Assembly (NCBI GenBank): GCA_905478465.1
Contig: CAJQIN010000012.1
Location: forward strand, 32,890-96,889
Length of the DNA: 64,000 nt
DNA from: Minisyncoccota bacterium
GTDB taxonomy: Bacteria; Patescibacteriota; Minisyncoccia; Phycocordibacterales; CAJQIN01
Direction of reading: 5' to 3'
Shown: positions 16,221 to 25,394 of the stretch, in pieces
Layout: the number at the start of each line of letters is the position of its first letter
Numbering within the stretch: the first letter of the stretch is position 1
Notes under the pieces: generated by a model
Told to the model about the DNA's origin: nothing
The model's input: the letters and a program-made list of their open reading frames with translations, nothing else
The model's database searches: none
Program-made: the position numbers and the translations under genes

Positions 16221-19079
16221 TCAGACTTTTGTGTCTGTTGCAAAGCTGACTAACCTGTCAGGAATAAATTTCTTTAATTCGTATGATGCACTGATCCAAC
16301 GAAAAATTTCTTCTGTTTCTTTAATTTTTTGTACCACATCACCCTCAGTACTACCAACTGGAACCCGAATGGTCCCCCTCATTTTTCCATCAACCTGAAC
16401 TGCAATTGTTGTCTCAGCATCCATGATCTTCTCATGATCATACTTAGGCCAACTCTGCACATGAATAGATTCTGATCCTGCTACTACTTTCGACCACAAT
16501 TCTTCAGCAAGATAAGGAGCGAAAGGTGCCAGAATTTTTAAAGTCATCTGATACTGTTCTTTTGTTAAAGACTTAGTCTTCTCAACATGATTTAAGAATA
16601 TCATCATGGCAGAAATAGCAGTGTTAAATTTGAACTCAGACATATCACTGGTTACTTTTTTTAACATTTTGTGCAACTCTTTTTCCACACGCTCAGAAAC
16701 ACCCTCTTTTTCTATATAAGCTTCAAGTCCACACAGACGCTCTAAAAATCTTCGTATACCAGCAATACCCCCCATATCCCAGGGATACGATCCTGCCTCT
16801 CCGTACGGTCCAATAAAAGCCAAATACATACGCACAACATCTGCTCCCACCTTTTCTACCATTGCATCTGGATCCACGACGTTACCCTTAGACTTACTCA
16901 TTTTTTGTCCATCAGGACCCATAATAAGACCTCTATTGATACGCTTTCTGAAAGGTTCCATTTCTGCAACAGCACCAATATCAAAAAGTACTTTTTGTAA
17001 GAAACGAGAATAAAGCAAATGAAGTGTGGTATGTTCTGATCCTCCAAAATATTGCCCAACAGGCATCCATGCTTTCTGTGCTTCTAGCGAGGAAATAGAT
17101 TCCTTATTATGTACATCAATATACCTAAGAAAATACCAAGATGAATCAATAAAAGTATCCATCGTTTCAACTTCCGGAGTCCATCCTTTTCCAAAAATAT
17201 CTTCTGTATTCTTCTTTAACATCTCAGACTTATCCAAGGGCGCCTTGCCTGTCGGCGTAAAGTCAACATCTTCTGGTAGAATCCATGGTAAATGTTCCTC
17301 CGGAACAGCATGTGGTTTTCCATCAGGATCGAAAACAATAGGAATTGGAGTACCCCAATATCTCTGACGTCCTATGGACCAATCCCTAAGCTTAAATGTA
17401 GTCTTCAAATTTCCATTAACCTTTTCCGTTATACTCTTTTGAACCTCTGTTGAGAGACTACCGTCAAATTCTCCAGAGTTTATAAGTATCCCTTCTCCTG
17501 TATACGCGTGTCTTTCTACACTAAAAAACTCTTGAATATGCGGAAGTTCAGAGACAGGATTAAAATCCCTAAAATTATCAATAGGTACCCAGACAACATC
17601 ATGTAGACCCTTCTCTTCCTGGGTAATTTCATCTTTTTCTAGATCTCTTAGTTCAATATAAAATACTTGAGAAAAAGCTTTTCGATTAACATCCTTATGA
17701 GCCACATAAAAACGTGATTCCATTTGCCACCCAATTCTCTCTATTTTTCCAACATTTTTATACCCAGTCTCTTCTTGTACTTCACGCAAAACAGCATCTT
17801 CATAACTCTCTCCCTCTTCAACACCACCAATAACAAAAGTTTTCCAAGGCTGTTGCTTCCATTGAATTTGAATTATTCTGTCTTCCGTTGGGTGCTTAAC
17901 AATGACTTGAACATTACGTCTCGGAGAAATATCCTTACCTTCCAAAGGAGGATTATCTTTATCTACAAAAATTGGTGCAATAACTTGCACAACAGGGAGG
18001 TTGAACTTTTCTGCAAACTCAAAATCACGCTGATCATGTGCTGGTACAGCCATTACCGCGCCTGTACCATATCCTCCAAGAACATAATCGGATACAAACA
18101 CAGGAATCTCCATATTATTTGCTGGATTAATAGCGGTAATCCCTTCAAGTAATACGCCAGTTTTTTCTTTTTGATTAGCTTGACGCTCGAGTTCACTTTT
18201 TTTGATAGATTTTTGAACATATTTCCGAACCTCTTCTTTATTCTTTATTCTTGATTTATTTTCACTAAGCGCTGAATCAATAAGCTCATGCTCTGGAGCC
18301 ACCACAAGATACGTCACTCCAAAAAGAGTATCTGCTCGCGTCGTAAATACAGATATATTTTCTATAGTATCTTCTGTTATAAAATTAATAAGAGAACCCT
18401 CCGATCTTCCAATCCAATTTCTCTGCTGTTCTTTTATTTGTTCTGGCCAATCAAGATCATCAAGGTCATTTAATAACCTTTCCGCATAATCTGTAATTTT
18501 TAACATCCACTGTTTCTGTTTTCTTTTTTCTATCTCCGTACCACATCGTTCACATTTTCCATCTACCACCTGTTCATTAGCTAAAACAGTTTTACACGAC
18601 GAACACCAGTTTACTGTCGTCTCCGCTTTATACGCCAAACCTTTCTCAAACATTTTAGTAAAAATCCACTGGGTCCATTTGTAATACTTAGGATCAGATG
18701 TGCGAAGTTCTCTAGACCAATCAAACATAGTTCCCATTGATTGAAGTTGCATCTTCATGTAATCAATATTGCCATATGTCCATTTTTTTGGATCAAGTCC
18801 GTGTTTTATGGCTGCATTTTCCGCAGGAAGCCCGAAAGAATCGAAACCGATAGGATACAAAACATTCTTCCCCTGCATACGCATAAAGCGTGCATATATA
18901 TCTGGAATAGCAAAAGCATACCAATGTCCAATATGGAGATTTCCTGATGGATACGGAAATTCAACTAGTGTGTAGAAATTTTCTGCACCTTCTTTTTTTT
19001 GCGGTGTTTCGTAAAGCTTATCCTCTATCCACTTATTTTTCCATTTTTTCTCTATTTCTTTATGGTCGTATTCTTTCAT
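16221..19079 (-). CDS. leuS: Leucyl-tRNA synthetase carrying an inserted Nudix hydrolase domain of about 150 aa
   Basis: Class I motifs HIGH (NLHIGHWY) and KMSKS. ZN-1 (CSSCKTV ... CERCG), TRADTLFG and AVMAVPAHDQRDFEFAEKFNLPV are all present. Between that segment and GILINSGEFDG sits a Nudix fold with a canonical Nudix box (GGVEEGESYEDAVLREVQEETGY). I placed the start at MKEYDHKEIEKKWKNKW. The ORF track extends it to 19127. Confidence 0.88.
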   Translation of the reverse strand: MKEYDHKEIEKKWKNKWIEDKLYETPQKKEGAENFYTLVEFPYPSGNLHIGHWYAFAIPDIYARFMRMQGKNVLYPIGFDSFGLPAENAAIKHGLDPKKWTYGNIDYMKMQLQSMGTMFDWSRELRTSDPKYYKWTQWIFTKMFEKGLAYKAETTVNWCSSCKTVLANEQVVDGKCERCGTEIEKRKQKQWMLKITDYAERLLNDLDDLDWPEQIKEQQRNWIGRSEGSLINFITEDTIENISVFTTRADTLFGVTYLVVAPEHELIDSALSENKSRIKNKEEVRKYVQKSIKKSELERQANQKEKTGVLLEGITAINPANNMEIPVFVSDYVLGGYGTGAVMAVPAHDQRDFEFAEKFNLPVVQVIAPIFVDKDNPPLEGKDISPRRNVQVIVKHPTEDRIIQIQWKQQPWKTFVIGGVEEGESYEDAVLREVQEETGYKNVGKIERIGWQMESRFYVAHKDVNRKAFSQVFYIELRDLEKDEITQEEKGLHDVVWVPIDNFRDFNPVSELPHIQEFFSVERHAYTGEGILINSGEFDGSLSTEVQKSITEKVNGNLKTTFKLRDWSIGRQRYWGTPIPIVFDPDGKPHAVPEEHLPWILPEDVDFTPTGKAPLDKSEMLKKNTEDIFGKGWTPEVETMDTFIDSSWYFLRYIDVHNKESISSLEAQKAWMPVGQYFGGSEHTTLHLLYSRFLQKVLFDIGAVAEMEPFRKRINRGLIMGPDGQKMSKSKGNVVDPDAMVEKVGADVVRMYLAFIGPYGEAGSYPWDMGGIAGIRRFLERLCGLEAYIEKEGVSERVEKELHKMLKKVTSDMSEFKFNTAISAMMIFLNHVEKTKSLTKEQYQMTLKILAPFAPYLAEELWSKVVAGSESIHVQSWPKYDHEKIMDAETTIAVQVDGKMRGTIRVPVGSTEGDVVQKIKETEEIFRWISASYELKKFIPDRLVSFATDTKV

Positions 19080-19128
19080 GATGTGATGCATTGTAACATT
19101 TTTTTTAAAAGCCAAAACCCCCACCAAA

Positions 19129-19151
19129 AAACCACCCCTCCAGGGTGGTTT
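19129..19151 (-). terminator. Rho-independent terminator-like hairpin downstream of surface-protein gene copy A
   Basis: AAACCACCC-CTCCA-GGGTGGTTT. On the minus strand it is followed by a U-rich tract. Confidence 0.5.
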
Positions 19152-19164
19152 CCATCTCCCAACA

Positions 19165-22107
19165 CAATCCCAATTATTGTTCTTGGAATTCAGGATTCAC
19201 AGTAATCTCAAAGGGTTCAGTCTCACAGGAGTCTGTAAGTCCTTCAGTATTAGTCACAGTTACCTTTGCATTCTTGGTTCCGGTGGTTAGGAACTTCAAG
19301 GTTTGTGTTTGGTCACTGAGGTTCTGTGGTGTATATAGATTTTCATCTATTATCTCCCATTCATATGATAATCCAGTGGTTTCTCCGGTGACTACAACAG
19401 TGAGATCCATATCTTGATTCACGTAGTGAGGAGATGTGGGTTCTGCGGGTCCACAAGATCCAATATCGAAGTTACCTGTCTCTGGTGGATCTGTGGGATC
19501 AGGGTCGGTGTCAGTATCAGTATCTGATGGATCAAGATTTGAAACGGTAATGGTTTCAGAATCCATGATCTTTTGTCCATCAGGTCCGAAACAGAGATAA
19601 TAGAAAGTGGTGTTTTCTGTGATTGGACTTGAGGTTTGTGAACCAGCTACGTTTGGTGTTATTTCTTTGTAGAAAAGCTGTAATGGTGTGTAATCTGAGG
19701 TACTCCAGTTATTGTTTGCAGGATCTGAGACAGCTCCACAACTACTTGCACCTGATGAATTCCAATCAAGATCTACGGTCTCTCCTGAAGAGACAAGGTT
19801 TCGATCAACAGATAGATCAATGATGGGTAATGGTTGGAGGACGGTGACGGTTTTTTCATCAGTTACAGTGGTTCCGTCTAATCCATCACATGTAATGGTG
19901 TATGTGGTGGTACGTGTTGGTGATACTACTTTATTTCCACTTTTGATGTTGTCGGTCCAACCGTATGTGGGGGTGATTGGTATGAGTGTTAGGTCACCGA
20001 TAATAGGCATTCCTATTATCGATGGATATACCCCTGTTGTCATTACGGGTCCAACGAAATTATTATCTACCGGTACTGATACGGTTGGTATATCTGCTAA
20101 TGTTGTACTCTTTAGAGTACCGGTACAACTTGAAACATTCTCTGATGACCACTCAAGGGTTGATGAGTTTCCTCGGTCTATGGTTTCGGGTGTGATGGTG
20201 AGAGAGACGGTGGGTGCGGCGGGTTTGGTGACGGTGTATGAGTTGGAGAGGGTGCCGTAAAACAAATAAGGATCGTCTCTATAAAAAGCAATGCTTCCAT
20301 CTCGATATTTAACATATCCTAAAAATGACCAGTCTGTCGCATCTGACAAGACATACCGACTTGTTTCTTCAAAAAAATTTGCTTGCATTTCATCAAAGTC
20401 AGGTACAATAATAGTCTTAATATTAGCTACAGCAGTTCCACCTCTTCCAACAGTAGCGTCATAATCTTCTGTAGTCACGATAGCGTCTTTACTGTATCTA
20501 GAATAAGACCATTCACTAGGTTTAGATTTCATAAGCCTTAGAAGATCAGGAACATAAGCATAAATCCAACCCGAAGGATCAATAATATATACAGAAGAAT
20601 TAGAGGAACTTCTTATCATGCTATCTATTTGTTCTTCTCTGCGCTCTTCAGTAAACAAAGTAGCGTAAGCAAATCCCTGATTTCCACAAGTGTGTAACCA
20701 AATACTAATAGTTTCGATAAGCTCCTCCCCAACCTCAAAACTATCCTTATTTAAAGAGGTTGTAATGTGCACATGATGTGACACACTCAAATACGTCGCC
20801 GCCTCCACCTCCTGCCCAAACATCCCACCAACCACAATAAGTCCCACAAAAAGCATCATCATCGGAGTTGTACTTGATCGCTTCTTCAAAAGATAACCAA
20901 GACCCAACAGAATAACAATCAAAGCGATAATTGACAGAAGAATGGTTGTAATATTCCCTCCTGTATCTGTTTTTGGTGTCTGGACTTCTCGGGTTGCAAG
21001 AATACCTGAGTCATCAGCTACGGTAGTCATGATAGTTGGAGCAGTACAGTTTCGAGTGACCTCGAAAGTATACGTTCCGGTAACATCAACTTCTGGATCA
21101 ACTGATACTGTCTGGGTATCAGCACAAGAGTTGTTGTTGGCATCAACTAGAGCAATGGTCAGGGTTGGATTTGAAAGAGGGGTTGAGGTAGCTAATGATC
21201 CTGGATATGAATCAGCAGATCCTGACCAGAAGACTTCCACAGTAGCGGTGTCCCCCTTCTGGTATGAGGTTTGATCTGGGGTGACGTTTTGAATGGTGGC
21301 CGAGTTTCCTCTGATGACATAGTGAGGAGTAATTTCATTTGAGACAGTATTGTCATTTTGGAGGGTAATGATGGTGTCATATGCCTGTGGAGCCTGTGGC
21401 AGATGCATAGTGATGTCTAGGGTTTTGGTTTGATTTGACTCCAGAGTGTATGTGTCTGTACTAGTGTATGTCTCAATCACTGGACCTGAGATAGTACGTT
21501 CGTGTGTAATGAAATGTGGTGAGAGTGTTTGTGGGTCTTTTGTACTGTTTGTGACCTCACATGAGAGGATTAGGGTGTCAGTGGCTTCAAGGTCGATACC
21601 TTGGAAGATAGTATATGTCTCATTGTTGTATGTGAACAAACAAGAAGCGGTATCAATAGCAACATACTCTCCTGTTCCTTGGAGAGTGATTGTCTGTACT
21701 GGTACTTGAGAGAAACGAAGACCTGAACTGTTTTCAGATATCATCCAGATTTCGTGTTCTCCTTGGAGGTATGTGGGTGGTGTGTATGTAACTGTTTTGG
21801 TGACACGATCTCCTTCATTGAGAGCTACGATATCATCGAATACTTTGATGTCTGCTGTTTCTCCTGTTTCTGAGTTAATGAGAACAATACTGTAACGGAT
21901 ATCTGATTGATAGTTGAACTTGTTGACGATGTCGAAGTCTAGAGTATATGTATTCTCAGTTCCATTGAAATATGTTATTTCTGCATTATATATACTGACA
22001 TCTGCTACCAAGGTGAGGTCTGATGTATCAACGGGTATTTCTTCTTGCGCGAAGAGTGGGGTGATGATGAGGAGTGAAAGAAGAGAGAGAAAGGTGAGTT
22101 TTTTCAT
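19165..22107. repeat. Direct repeat copy 1, 2,943 bp, 100% identical to 44470..47412
   Basis: All ORF-track ORFs on both strands are identical at a constant offset of 25,305 bp. Read directly, identity starts at CAATCCCAATTATTG, just 3' of the stop, and ends exactly at the ATG. Confidence 0.9.
19174..22107 (-). CDS. Large secreted two-ectodomain surface protein, copy A. Order of parts: signal peptide, ectodomain 1, transmembrane hairpin, ectodomain 2 with Ig/PKD-like repeats.
   Basis: 977 aa. Signal peptide MKKLTFLSLLSLLIITPLFAQ. Transmembrane helix ITTILLSIIALIVILLGLGYLL, then a short loop KKRSSTTP, then a second hydrophobic segment MMMLFVGLIVVGGMF. C-terminal repeats of the form ...TL(E/D)W(S/N)S...SSC(T/G). 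D/T/P-rich linker DPSDTDTDTDPDPTDPPETG. Confidence 0.7.
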   Translation of the reverse strand: MKKLTFLSLLSLLIITPLFAQEEIPVDTSDLTLVADVSIYNAEITYFNGTENTYTLDFDIVNKFNYQSDIRYSIVLINSETGETADIKVFDDIVALNEGDRVTKTVTYTPPTYLQGEHEIWMISENSSGLRFSQVPVQTITLQGTGEYVAIDTASCLFTYNNETYTIFQGIDLEATDTLILSCEVTNSTKDPQTLSPHFITHERTISGPVIETYTSTDTYTLESNQTKTLDITMHLPQAPQAYDTIITLQNDNTVSNEITPHYVIRGNSATIQNVTPDQTSYQKGDTATVEVFWSGSADSYPGSLATSTPLSNPTLTIALVDANNNSCADTQTVSVDPEVDVTGTYTFEVTRNCTAPTIMTTVADDSGILATREVQTPKTDTGGNITTILLSIIALIVILLGLGYLLKKRSSTTPMMMLFVGLIVVGGMFGQEVEAATYLSVSHHVHITTSLNKDSFEVGEELIETISIWLHTCGNQGFAYATLFTEERREEQIDSMIRSSSNSSVYIIDPSGWIYAYVPDLLRLMKSKPSEWSYSRYSKDAIVTTEDYDATVGRGGTAVANIKTIIVPDFDEMQANFFEETSRYVLSDATDWSFLGYVKYRDGSIAFYRDDPYLFYGTLSNSYTVTKPAAPTVSLTITPETIDRGNSSTLEWSSENVSSCTGTLKSTTLADIPTVSVPVDNNFVGPVMTTGVYPSIIGMPIIGDLTLIPITPTYGWTDNIKSGNKVVSPTRTTTYTITCDGLDGTTVTDEKTVTVLQPLPIIDLSVDRNLVSSGETVDLDWNSSGASSCGAVSDPANNNWSTSDYTPLQLFYKEITPNVAGSQTSSPITENTTFYYLCFGPDGQKIMDSETITVSNLDPSDTDTDTDPDPTDPPETGNFDIGSCGPAEPTSPHYVNQDMDLTVVVTGETTGLSYEWEIIDENLYTPQNLSDQTQTLKFLTTGTKNAKVTVTNTEGLTDSCETEPFEITVNPEFQEQ

Positions 22108-22141
22108 ATGTAGTGGTGAATAAATTATTTAATATGATTAA

Positions 22142-22169
22142 ATTATAACACTCACCAAAAACCAAGCAA
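22142..22169 (-). promoter_or_regulatory. Sigma-70-like promoter upstream of surface gene copy A (TTGCTT-N16-TATAAT on the minus strand)
   Basis: Read directly from the sequence. On the plus strand it appears as AAGCAA ... ATTATA. Confidence 0.45.
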
Positions 22170-22178
22170 TTACAATTT

Positions 22179-23279
22179 TTATATCTTAAACTCAATCACA
22201 TCTCCATCTTTTACTACATACTGCTTACCCTCTGTACGAACGAGTCCTTTTTCTCTAGCAATACCAAAAGAACCAGCATTTAATAATTCTTCCCAAAATA
22301 TTATTTCTGCTTTAATAAACTTATCCTCAAAATCTCCATGAATAGCAGCTCCAGCTTGTGGAGCTGTTGAACCTTCTTTTATAGTCCACGCACGAGTTTC
22401 TTTTTCTCCTGTTGTGAAATATGTAATGAGATGTAAAAGTTCGTACCCCTTACGAATAAGCTCATCGATACCATCATCAGGTGCTCCTCCAAGCTCCTTT
22501 CGAAACTCATTTCGCTCTTCCTTATCAAAATCTTTTAAATCTAATTCAATACCAGCATCAATAAAAACATATACAGCATTGTTATCATCTAAATATTTCT
22601 GTAACTCTTGAAACTTATCATCATTTAATTCATCAAGATTTCTTGAATTTTGTTTTTTATTAAGAGCATATAAAACTTGTTTTGCCGTAATAAGATGCAA
22701 ACCTTTCAAAATTACAACTTCATCCTTTTCCATCCCCAGAGTCAAAGCTAGATTATCCCCAAGCAAGTGCTCTTTGAGACGCACAAGTAAATCTCTTTCC
22801 ATAATAATTTTAGCGTCTCCTTTCTTTGCTTCACGTTCTACGGTCTGTAATCTTTTTTCTACAGTCTGTAGATCAGCAAGAATAAGTTCAGTATTAATAG
22901 TACGAATATCAGAAAGAGGATCTATTTCACCGTGCACATGATGCACATCCTCATCCTCAAAAATACGTACTACATGACAAATAGCATCTGTTTCTCGAAT
23001 ATTAGTAAGGAATTGATTTCCAAGCCCTTCTCCTTCAGAGGCACCCTTCACGAGTCCAGCAATATCAACGAACTCTACTGCAGCAGGAATCGTTTTCTGT
23101 GTCTTACTAAACTCAGCTAATTTATGCAGACGAGTGTCAGGCACAGCAACAACCCCTACAGATGGATCAATAGTGGCAAAAGGATAGTTTGCAACAAGAA
23201 CACTCTTTTTTGTAAGTGCATTAAATAAAGTCGATTTTCCGACATTTGGTAATCCAACAATTCCGATTGATAGTGACAT
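22179..23279 (-). CDS. ychF: Ribosome-binding ATPase YchF (Obg-like GTPase family with a TGS domain)
   Basis: [23 protein letters not shown] ... [19 protein letters not shown]. Confidence 0.9.
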   Translation of the reverse strand: MSLSIGIVGLPNVGKSTLFNALTKKSVLVANYPFATIDPSVGVVAVPDTRLHKLAEFSKTQKTIPAAVEFVDIAGLVKGASEGEGLGNQFLTNIRETDAICHVVRIFEDEDVHHVHGEIDPLSDIRTINTELILADLQTVEKRLQTVEREAKKGDAKIIMERDLLVRLKEHLLGDNLALTLGMEKDEVVILKGLHLITAKQVLYALNKKQNSRNLDELNDDKFQELQKYLDDNNAVYVFIDAGIELDLKDFDKEERNEFRKELGGAPDDGIDELIRKGYELLHLITYFTTGEKETRAWTIKEGSTAPQAGAAIHGDFEDKFIKAEIIFWEELLNAGSFGIAREKGLVRTEGKQYVVKDGDVIEFKI

Positions 23280-23407
23280 AGTCTAGATACGTTATCACAA
23301 AGAAGACAAAATAAAAATACCAACACATCTGCTACAAGCTGACGTATTGGTATTATGTGCGTAGATTATTTGAACTGAAAACTATTTGTCTGTCCATGAC
23401 AACCCCT

Positions 23408-23674
23408 TTACTTTACACTTGAAAACTGTCTGAGATATTCAGCTGAATATTCAATACCCGTATCGATAACTTCTTCAACTTCCTGATCACTTAAGCCAAG
23501 TTCTTTTCCTTGAATACGAAGATTGTCAACCTGATCCTTTTTCCACGATTGATACTCCTTAGATGCGCCGGCACGTTCTCCCTTTTTCGCACTTCCTATA
23601 TCTAAAAAATATTTTTCCACAAAGTCCTCAAAACATTGCTTAACTTCTGACAAAAAAATTTCTGTATTATCCAT
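23408..23674 (-). CDS. Hypothetical small acidic protein (88 aa)
   Basis: ATG at 23672-23674 preceded by GAGGAG. The ORF track starts it at an upstream TTG. Confidence 0.4.
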   Translation of the reverse strand: MDNTEIFLSEVKQCFEDFVEKYFLDIGSAKKGERAGASKEYQSWKKDQVDNLRIQGKELGLSDQEVEEVIDTGIEYSAEYLRQFSSVK

Positions 23675-23786
23675 AATAATACTCCTCAAAGTTACGAAGT
23701 AATCTACGCAAATTCCATATTAAGTAAATATAAAAAACCAGCGTTTGTCAAACACTGGTTTTATATAGGTTAGAGAAAAAAATGTA

Positions 23787-24215
23787 TTATTTTTTCTTAA
23801 ACTTATCTCTAGCACGTCTATGAGCCGCCTGAAACTTCTTAGAAGGCTTAGAAACCCTTCTTGATGATAGAAAGAAGAAAGAAACTTTTTGAAGACTTGT
23901 CCACCGCCCTTCAAACCATCTCAGATATTTACTCTTCTCCTCACTGATAGTTTTTTTGATTCTTTCTGTTTCCTCGCGAGCATCAGCAAGACTTCTTTTT
24001 TCCCTACTCTTTACATCTTCAAGCTCTTTCCGATATCTGTTTCTAATATCCCTTCGATTTCTTTCAGACCTATCCTTGATTTTTTGAGCTATATTTCCTC
24101 TCAGAGAAAGTTGCTTCATAAGATCAAGAATACGATTTAACATGTTTCTACGTTCCTCCTCAAACAATTCAAATTTTTTTACAAGTGGCGTAAAAAGGTC
24201 TTTAAAGCGTCCCAT
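23787..24215 (-). CDS. Hypothetical basic coiled-coil protein (about 142 aa)
   Basis: Start MGRFKDLF, with a GGAGGG RBS upstream. The C-terminus is rich in K and R. Confidence 0.4.
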   Translation of the reverse strand: MGRFKDLFTPLVKKFELFEEERRNMLNRILDLMKQLSLRGNIAQKIKDRSERNRRDIRNRYRKELEDVKSREKRSLADAREETERIKKTISEEKSKYLRWFEGRWTSLQKVSFFFLSSRRVSKPSKKFQAAHRRARDKFKKK

Positions 24216-24321
24216 GCTAGCACCCTCCTCTCTTTTGTAATAAGGGATAACTGTTTCTATATACACGATACATCCAAACTCCCCAAAAAACAAATACCAG
24301 CTAAAGCTGGTATTTTAATTT

Positions 24322-24543
24322 TTACATTAATCCTTTAAGTTCATTTTGATACTTTTGCATCACAGACATCGTTGCGCTCATCTGATCTTTTCCCGCTTTT
24401 ACCTCTACCTGCACTTCCTCTGCAATTTTTTTAAAAAAATCAGGATTTTTCTCAATCATACCTAAAATCTGATCTTGTTGATCTTGAGGAACATCTTTCA
24501 TCTGAGACTTCAACATTTTTTTCATTAAAAAGTTTTTAAACAT
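24322..24543 (-). CDS. Hypothetical small protein (73 aa)
   Basis: ORF only. Confidence 0.3.
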   Translation of the reverse strand: MFKNFLMKKMLKSQMKDVPQDQQDQILGMIEKNPDFFKKIAEEVQVEVKAGKDQMSATMSVMQKYQNELKGLM

Positions 24544-24580
24544 ATATACAAAAAATTATTTACAGAAATTATATTTTACC

Positions 24581-25393
24581 CTACCCAAGACGACTATTCA
24601 AATACGCTAAAGCTCCATACAAACCTCCAACAGCTCCAAGCTGGGCTTTCTTTATTATTGGCTGTATGGGATATACTTTTGATATCTCTTTAAGATACAT
24701 TTCTACCCTTGAAACTTGAATAGCAGGACTTCCTGTAATCATGGAACCACCAAGCACAATCACATCTGGCGACCAGTGTACTCTTGAATTATGAAGTCCA
24801 TAAGCAAGTTTCTCTGCTAACTCTTCCCAGATAAAATTATCCTGGGATATCTCATATGCTTTCTTTCCAAAACGTTCTTCAACTGCCCTACCAGAAACAA
24901 GTTCTTCAAGAGTATGTTGCATATCAATAATTTCTGTTCCGGGTTCAAAACCAAGAGCATGTTCATCTATCTCCCCGTTTACAATTCGAGCTCCGCCAAC
25001 ACCAGTACTTACCGTCATGTACATCACAATACTCTTCCCCATGCCAGCACCAGAAACAGCTTCACCCAAACCAACAACTGCGGCATCATTTTCGATAAAC
25101 ACAGGACATTTAAAATCTGTTTCAAGTCGTTCATCAATAGGCTTATTCACCCACCCAGACAAGTTAGGAGAACGAGTAAGTTTTGAGCGCGTCGCATCAA
25201 GAGTTCCACTAATTCCTCCAGCAATACCTTTTATTTCCTCACGAGTCATTCTTTCTACATGATTACAAATACCTGCAATACCCTTCTCATAATCTTGTTC
25301 TGTATCAAAAATAACAGGATCTGCAAAACTTTTTAGATCTTTTGAAAGAGCTAATCGTGTCTTTGTGGCACCTATATCAAAAAGAAGATACAT
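24581..25393 (-). CDS. ROK-family sugar kinase (glucokinase-like)
   Basis: N-terminus MYLLFDIGATKTRLAL and ROK motif ENDAAVVGLGEA. Confidence 0.7.
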   Translation of the reverse strand: MYLLFDIGATKTRLALSKDLKSFADPVIFDTEQDYEKGIAGICNHVERMTREEIKGIAGGISGTLDATRSKLTRSPNLSGWVNKPIDERLETDFKCPVFIENDAAVVGLGEAVSGAGMGKSIVMYMTVSTGVGGARIVNGEIDEHALGFEPGTEIIDMQHTLEELVSGRAVEERFGKKAYEISQDNFIWEELAEKLAYGLHNSRVHWSPDVIVLGGSMITGSPAIQVSRVEMYLKEISKVYPIQPIIKKAQLGAVGGLYGALAYLNSRLG

Positions 25394-25394
25394 A

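Noticed and set aside
19712-20260. Plus-strand ORFs nested inside the surface-protein genes. Examples are 19623-19823, 19712-20260 and 20942-21274, plus their duplicates at 44928-45128, 45017-45565 and 46247-46579.
   Set aside because: They are antisense shadow ORFs inside a long, well-supported minus-strand CDS. They are duplicated only because the whole segment is duplicated. They have no RBS or independent support.
19174-22107. Diversity-generating retroelement targeting the surface protein
   Set aside because: There is no reverse transcriptase ORF and no adenine-rich template repeat matching the C-terminus. The two copies are identical rather than variable.
22105-22110. An NdeI-like CATATG site overlapping the start codon of surface gene copy A, hinting at a cloning artefact
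   Set aside because: A 6-bp match is expected by chance many times in 64 kb. Copy B lacks it and nothing else looks vector-derived.
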